Shown here piece by piece: positions 59,022-64,000 of a stretch of 64,000 nt of DNA. Made by a program: the position numbers and the translations under genes. The notes below the pieces were generated by a model. The model saw only the letters and a program-made list of their open reading frames with translations, was not told the origin of the DNA and searched no databases. The DNA is from an uncultured delta proteobacterium (GTDB lineage: Bacteria; Desulfobacterota; Desulfobacteria; Desulfobacterales; JAFDCJ01): contig CAVYNY010000004.1 in NCBI GenBank assembly GCA_963769935.1, positions 1 through 64,000 of the forward strand. Direction: 5' to 3'. Position 1 is the stretch's first letter. Each line of letters opens with the position of its first letter.

Positions 59022-59987
59022 TTAAGCAACGAGCTCCAAGAGGATTTCCGTCCATATAAGCAACACAACCCACAAAAAAGAGGACAGCAGCATAATGTCA
59101 CACGCTTTTCTTATGTGGACCGGCTGAGTTTGGCCGAAGTGCACCCCGATAAAAGGTTTGTTCACCAGTTTGCCCTGGTAATAATTGGGACCATTGAGCT
59201 TGACGGCCAGCGCACCGGCAAAGGCGGCTTCCGGAAAGCCGGCATTCGGGCTGGAATGCTGCGCTCCTTCCAGGACGGCAGTTTTCAGGGACCGTGCCCC
59301 CGCTCCTGAAAGAATCTGACTGGCCAGGGAAATGACCAATACGGAAAATCGCGCCGGCAGAAAATTCAAGATATCGTCAATTCTGGCGGATGCTTTGCCG
59401 AACTGCAAGTAGGCTTCATTTTTATACCCCACCATCGAGTCCAAGGTGTTGGCCATTTTGTACGCCATTGCCAGGGGGGCGCCCCCGATGGCTGCAAAGA
59501 GCAAGGGCGCTGTGACGCCGTCCACGAGGTTTTCGGCCACAGTTTCAACAACTGCCCTGGCAATTTCCCCCGCATTGTACTTTTGGACGTCCCGGCCGAC
59601 AACTTGGGCCACTTTTTGGCGGGCTTCATTGACCTTGTTTTGCATGAGACAATCGTGTATTTCCAGGGCTGCATCTTCCAAAGAGCGGGCGGCAATGCAG
59701 AAATATATCAGGACGATTTCAACGCCATAACCGAGCCAGGCATGGAAGGCGGCGCTGACCGCTATCACCAGATATGTCAACAACCAGGTGCCGGCGATTA
59801 ACGTGGCTGCATACACGGCGCCTGCCAATACCAAATTAGATGAGATTTTTCGGAAACGGGGTTCTAATGTCGCAATGGCATATCCCATCCAGCGCACCGG
59901 GTGGGGCAGTGTTGGCGAATCTCCCAGAGCCAGGTCCAGTAAAAAAGCTGCCGGCAAAATCAACCATAGCGTGTAATGCGCCATCAT
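59022..59987 (-). CDS. cbiB: Adenosylcobinamide-phosphate synthase
   Basis: HPVRWMG, VGRD, ETVAENLVDG, YK..NTLDSMVGY, SPNAG.PEAA.AGAL. Confidence 0.95.
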   Translation of the reverse strand: MMAHYTLWLILPAAFLLDLALGDSPTLPHPVRWMGYAIATLEPRFRKISSNLVLAGAVYAATLIAGTWLLTYLVIAVSAAFHAWLGYGVEIVLIYFCIAARSLEDAALEIHDCLMQNKVNEARQKVAQVVGRDVQKYNAGEIARAVVETVAENLVDGVTAPLLFAAIGGAPLAMAYKMANTLDSMVGYKNEAYLQFGKASARIDDILNFLPARFSVLVISLASQILSGAGARSLKTAVLEGAQHSSPNAGFPEAAFAGALAVKLNGPNYYQGKLVNKPFIGVHFGQTQPVHIRKACDIMLLSSFLWVVLLIWTEILLELVA

Positions 59988-61111
59988 GAGCCGACCAATC
60001 GCCCTTTGACCGCATTTTGACGGGCACCCTCTTGATTTTGAGACAAAGCGATGAGCTTTTGGGCAACCAGACTGTTTGCTTCGGGGGTTTTCGGAGAAAC
60101 CCGAATAAATTTATCCGAAAGCCCTTCAAAATTGGCACAGTTCCGAATGAGAACCTTTTCCTCGGCCAGCCGCTCCCAGGCGGTTCCCGCCGGGAGATGC
60201 GCCGGCAGCCTGATGAGCACAAACGGCGTTTGGCTGCGATATATTTTAAATTCCGGGGCCGCGCTGAATGACTCATAAAATTGTTGCCGCTGCCTTGCCA
60301 AATTCGTCCGGGTGTTTTGGATAAAAGCTTCGATCAGGTGTTTATGGCCGGACAGAAAACGAACGGCTTCGTGGGCCAGACTGTTTACACTCCAGGGCAA
60401 AAGATCGCGCCTTAACTGCTGGACATGGTGGTTATTTGCAATGATAAATCCAATCCTCAGGCCCGGAATTCCAAATATTTTAGAAATGGAAAGCAGCACC
60501 ATTACGTTGTCGAGTCCTGAATTTATCATGCTCTCCTGTTTTGCATTGGAAATAAATGGCATGTAGGATTCGTCGATAACAAAGGTGCTCCGAGGGCAAG
60601 ATTTACATAACTGATATAATTTATCATATGGTATCAGGACCCCGGTCGGATTATTCGGGTTGCATATAAATACGGTGTCGAAGTGTTGGATACTCAGCTG
60701 CAGCCGATCCGGGTCGGGAAAAAAAGCTTCTGATTCGCGGGCCGAAATAATTTTGCAGGCCAGGCGGTTGCGGTCACAGGCATCTGCGTAGTCGGAATAG
60801 GTTGGACCGACAATCAAGGCGCTTTTTGATTTCAACACCCCGGGTATCGAGTAAATCAATTGGGTCGTTCCATTTCCGGCCAGCATTCGGCTGGAATTCA
60901 GACCCAAATAATCCGCAAAATGTTCTGCGGTTTGCCGCCCGTCGACTTCAGGCAATCTGGTGATTGTTTCCAAATTTTCCTTGAGAAAATCGATCAGACC
61001 CGGCGGCGGCCCCAGGGGATTTATATTGCAGCTCATATCAAGGATATCTGCCGGGCTGCAATTCGCCTGCCGGGCAACCGCATGAATATTGCCGCCGTGA
61101 CCGAATGTCAT
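59984..61111 (-). CDS. cobD: L-threonine-O-3-phosphate decarboxylase
   Basis: MTFGHGGN, D.S.NINPLG, GNG, CNPNNPTG, DESY, S.SK.FGIPGLRIG. ATG 61111 follows GGAGG and overlaps the cobS stop. Confidence 0.9.
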   Translation of the reverse strand: MTFGHGGNIHAVARQANCSPADILDMSCNINPLGPPPGLIDFLKENLETITRLPEVDGRQTAEHFADYLGLNSSRMLAGNGTTQLIYSIPGVLKSKSALIVGPTYSDYADACDRNRLACKIISARESEAFFPDPDRLQLSIQHFDTVFICNPNNPTGVLIPYDKLYQLCKSCPRSTFVIDESYMPFISNAKQESMINSGLDNVMVLLSISKIFGIPGLRIGFIIANNHHVQQLRRDLLPWSVNSLAHEAVRFLSGHKHLIEAFIQNTRTNLARQRQQFYESFSAAPEFKIYRSQTPFVLIRLPAHLPAGTAWERLAEEKVLIRNCANFEGLSDKFIRVSPKTPEANSLVAQKLIALSQNQEGARQNAVKGRLVGS

Positions 61112-61836
61112 CGCGCTCCTCCGATGGAAGCCACCAAAAACAGTCCGGCTTCGGTAACTTCCGCCATGGCGCCCAGCATGTCGCCGGTGATGCACCCTAC
61201 CCGTCTCTGGTAATACCGGATCAACCCCGCAGTCAGGACGGCGAAGCAAAGGTTGAGCCAGATTGTCTTCCAGCCCAGGATTAAAGAGAGCAGCACCGGA
61301 ACCGAGAGTCCCCAAAAAGCCGACAGCGGCAATTGGGCTTTAAAAAAATCCGCCCCGGTGCCGCCGTCCGGACGCCCGTAGGGCAGATAGCGCATACCGA
61401 ACAGCATGCTGGCCCGGGCATAGGCCGGCACAATAATCAGCAAAATGGTGCGCTGGGCGTCCAAACCCGCAATACCGGCCCATTTAATGGATAATCCGCC
61501 TAGAATGGCAACCAGGCCCATTGTGCCCAGCCGGCTGTCTTTCATGATCGTTAGTATCTTTTCTCTTGATCGCTGCCCCAACAAACCATCGGCGGCGTCA
61601 CCCAAGCCATCGATATGAAAGGCGCCGGTCAGGATCGCTAAAAAGACAACATCGAGCAGGGAACCCGCCGACCGGCCCCATAAACTCACGGCGACGTAAT
61701 CAAACATGACCAGCAGCCCGCCCAGGACAATCCCCACGAGCGGAAAATAGGGAATCATGCGGGGCGGATCAAAGGATTCGGACCGACCCCAGGGCAGGAT
61801 GGTGATAAATTGGATGGCGGAGATAAATCCCTTCAC
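61108..61836 (-). CDS. cobS: Adenosylcobinamide-GDP ribazoletransferase
   Basis: TGAFHIDGLGDAADG, IMKDSRLG, GCITGDMLGA. Confidence 0.95.
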   Translation of the reverse strand: MKGFISAIQFITILPWGRSESFDPPRMIPYFPLVGIVLGGLLVMFDYVAVSLWGRSAGSLLDVVFLAILTGAFHIDGLGDAADGLLGQRSREKILTIMKDSRLGTMGLVAILGGLSIKWAGIAGLDAQRTILLIIVPAYARASMLFGMRYLPYGRPDGGTGADFFKAQLPLSAFWGLSVPVLLSLILGWKTIWLNLCFAVLTAGLIRYYQRRVGCITGDMLGAMAEVTEAGLFLVASIGGAR

Positions 61837-61887
61837 TTATCTGTTTCCTTTTTCCCACTTAAAAATTCGATGTCGGGCGTTGGATGT

Positions 61888-62409
61888 TCATTTAATTTTG
61901 ACCGGAATACCCGCCACCATCCAGACGACCCGGTCTGCCTGAGCGGCAACGGCCTGGTTGGCCGCGCCCGCAAGATCTCTGAACCGGCGCGCAAGTCTAT
62001 TTTCGGGGACAATGCCGGCCCCTACTTCGTTGGAGACGAGAATAACCGGACAGCTTGCCGACGCAAGGGAAGGTATCAGACTGATAATCCGTTCATTAAT
62101 TAATTCATCATCTTCGGTTTCCATCAAAAGATTGCTGATCCATAAGGTCAGGCAGTCCACCAGAAGCACATCCGCCTGTCCGCTGTATTCAATAATTGCC
62201 TGCGGCAAATGGATGGGGGTCTCAACAGTCTGCCAGTCCTGGCCGCGTTCTTTTTGATGCCGATCGACCCGCTGCTTCATTTCCGCATCACGGGGCACGC
62301 AGGTTGCAATAAAGATTTTTTTTTCTCCTGCAATCCCGTCGGCTGTTTCCAGCGCATGGCGACTTTTACCGCTCCTGCAGCCACCGATGACAAAGACAAT
62401 TTCTTTCAA
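61888..62409 (-). CDS. cobU: Adenosylcobinamide kinase/adenosylcobinamide-phosphate guanylyltransferase
   Basis: GGCRSGKS, EM..RV..H...R, DCLTLW, VSNEVG.GIVP, FRD..G..NQ. Confidence 0.96.
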   Translation of the reverse strand: MKEIVFVIGGCRSGKSRHALETADGIAGEKKIFIATCVPRDAEMKQRVDRHQKERGQDWQTVETPIHLPQAIIEYSGQADVLLVDCLTLWISNLLMETEDDELINERIISLIPSLASASCPVILVSNEVGAGIVPENRLARRFRDLAGAANQAVAAQADRVVWMVAGIPVKIK

Positions 62410-62460
62410 GTCATATCTCCAAACAACACCTTAAAGGACCGGATATAATTTCATATTACC

Positions 62461-62501
62461 TAACTCAATACACCTTATAAACTCAAAAAACTCACTAAAC
62501 T
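62461..62501. repeat. 9-nt periodic tract AACTCAAT-like
   Basis: TAACTCAAT ACACCTTAT AAACTCAAA AAACTCACT AAACT. Confidence 0.7.
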
Positions 62502-64000
62502 TTACTGCACCAGTTTCATAATGCCCCTGACATCGATATGGCTTGCAAAATGTTCAGCCAGCAAATCATACTCTTTACTTCTGGCTTCCAGGCCTTCCAG
62601 CTGTGGAACTTCAATATTCCGCAGGCCGATCTGCTGCAGCCAAATTCGGGTAATGGCAGGATTGTCGAATATGCCATGGATATAGGTCCCCATTCTTTTA
62701 AAGTCCGGGCTGACACATCCATCATCATCACGGGTCGGGGCATGATTGCGTTCGTATACCTGAAAAAGCGGCGCTCCGCCATTGCGATGGGTCTGGCCCA
62801 TGTGAATCTCATATCCCGCACCGTTGGCACCCTGCCGGGAAAATTTTGTCAGCGTCGTGACCTTGGGAGCTTTCAGCTCAGTTTCAACCGAAAGCAGGCC
62901 CAGCCCCTCGGTTGACCCGGGGCGGCCTTCGATGCCGTCCGGATCGTGAACCTGACTGCCCATCATCTGATAGCCCCCGCATATTCCCAGCACGTGGCCG
63001 CCCTGTTGAACATAATCCGCTATTTTTTCAGACCATCCTCCTTTACGCAGCCATTGCAGGTCAAAGCGCGTATTTTTGGATCCCGGCAATATGACAGCGC
63101 AAAATTGGGAAAGATCCTGAACCTTTTCCAGAAAGAAAACCGACAACCCCTTTAAAGCCGCCAGCGGATCGAAATCATTAAAGTTGGAAATGTGCGGCAG
63201 GCGGATAACTGCGATAGACGGTCGACCATCCCGGGCGGTAAATATCCGTCCCGGTCGTTCGATAACCACCGAATCCTCAGGTTCAATGTGAATATGATCA
63301 TACCAGGGAAGAACGCCGAAAACTTTCTTGCCGGTTTGGCGTTCGATCCAGTTGACGCCGTCTTCGAACAGGCGGATATCCCCCCGGAATCGATTGATGA
63401 TAAAGCCCTTGATCATGTCCCGCTGCTCAGGTTGAAGACAGTCCAGGGTTCCGACAATTTGAGCGAACACGCCCCCGCGATGGATGTCGGCCACCAGAAT
63501 TACCGGCGCCTGAGCATATGCCGCCATGCGTAAATTGACGATATCATTGTCCATCAAGTTGACTTCAGCGCACGAGCCGGCACCCTCCAGGACAATCAGA
63601 TCATAATGCCGGACCAGGCGACTGAGGGCGGCGGCGGCGGTATTGAAAAGAGTTTCCTTTTTGCCATGGTAATCAGATGCCGTGGTATTCTCCCTGACCT
63701 GGCCGAGCACAACCACTTGGGAGCCGATTTCACTGGTGGGTTTGAGCAGCACAGGGTTCATATCCACCTGCGGGGCAATGCGTGCGGCTTCGGCCTGAAC
63801 GATCTGGGCCCTGCCCATTTCCAATCCTTCGGGCGTCACGCCTGAATTATTGGACATGTTCTGGGCTTTAAACGGTGCCACCCTCAGGCCCTGTCTGACG
63901 AAATAGCGGCAGAGAGCGGTGACGACAATGCTTTTTCCCACATCGGACCCGGTCCCCAAAATGGCAATGCAAGGCGCTTTTTTCTTTAAATTTTCAACTG
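62502..64000 (-). CDS. cobQ: Cobyric acid synthase (frame stays open to the window edge)
   Basis: GTGSDVGKS, PFKAQNMS, MNPVLLKP, EGAGS.AE.NL, GICGGYQM, GYEIH, GTYIHG. Confidence 0.96.
   Translation of the reverse strand, partial: VENLKKKAPCIAILGTGSDVGKSIVVTALCRYFVRQGLRVAPFKAQNMSNNSGVTPEGLEMGRAQIVQAEAARIAPQVDMNPVLLKPTSEIGSQVVVLGQVRENTTASDYHGKKETLFNTAAAALSRLVRHYDLIVLEGAGSCAEVNLMDNDIVNLRMAAYAQAPVILVADIHRGGVFAQIVGTLDCLQPEQRDMIKGFIINRFRGDIRLFEDGVNWIERQTGKKVFGVLPWYDHIHIEPEDSVVIERPGRIFTARDGRPSIAVIRLPHISNFNDFDPLAALKGLSVFFLEKVQDLSQFCAVILPGSKNTRFDLQWLRKGGWSEKIADYVQQGGHVLGICGGYQMMGSQVHDPDGIEGRPGSTEGLGLLSVETELKAPKVTTLTKFSRQGANGAGYEIHMGQTHRNGGAPLFQVYERNHAPTRDDDGCVSPDFKRMGTYIHGIFDNPAITRIWLQQIGLRNIEVPQLEGLEARSKEYDLLAEHFASHIDVRGIMKLVQ

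Noticed and set aside
61112..61315. N-terminal extension of cobD in the ORF track
   Set aside because: It overlaps cobS; the family-typical start MTFGHGGN with an RBS is at 61111.

Overview
The window has two unrelated parts. (1) ~1-3685 is a GC-rich fragment of a phage, satellite or integrative element. It carries an N-terminally cut HK97-type prohead protease, three tiny co-oriented ORFs, a cluster of palindromes, two copies of a ~61-nt foldable repeat flanking an orphan gene, and a three-gene DUF3467-like/HicB-like/HicA-like module. Integrase arm-site-like repeats sit at the left edge. At ~3685 this fragment is joined mid-gene to a host gene, which looks like an assembly chimera or contig join. 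(2) ~3685-64000 is moderate-GC bacterial chromosome; gene content and repeat style suggest a Desulfobacterales-like deltaproteobacterium (inference). In order it holds: a glycosylation/envelope cluster with a LolA-like + LolCDE-like transporter; acetyltransferase-only glmU-like + glmM; a probable chromosomal dif site (22522-22549) with converging KOPS-like octamers; xseA-xseB-ispA-dxs-tlyA; a divergent EF-G; parB-like/tetR/splB-like/nuclease; purC; an MglA/DUF4388-cNMP/PilZ module; mdh; uvrBC; ispF; an ADP-forming acyl-CoA ligase; fabH; recC/recB/recD interrupted by FHA, FliK-like and FlhB-C genes; and a cobQ-cobU-cobS-cobD-cbiB-cbiR cobamide operon. Many intergenic spaces contain 7-9-nt periodic repeats, often as inverted arms. 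Single-base indels, dense at 33.9-38.2 kb, are probably sequencing errors. All protein family calls come from motif recognition by eye; no searches were run.
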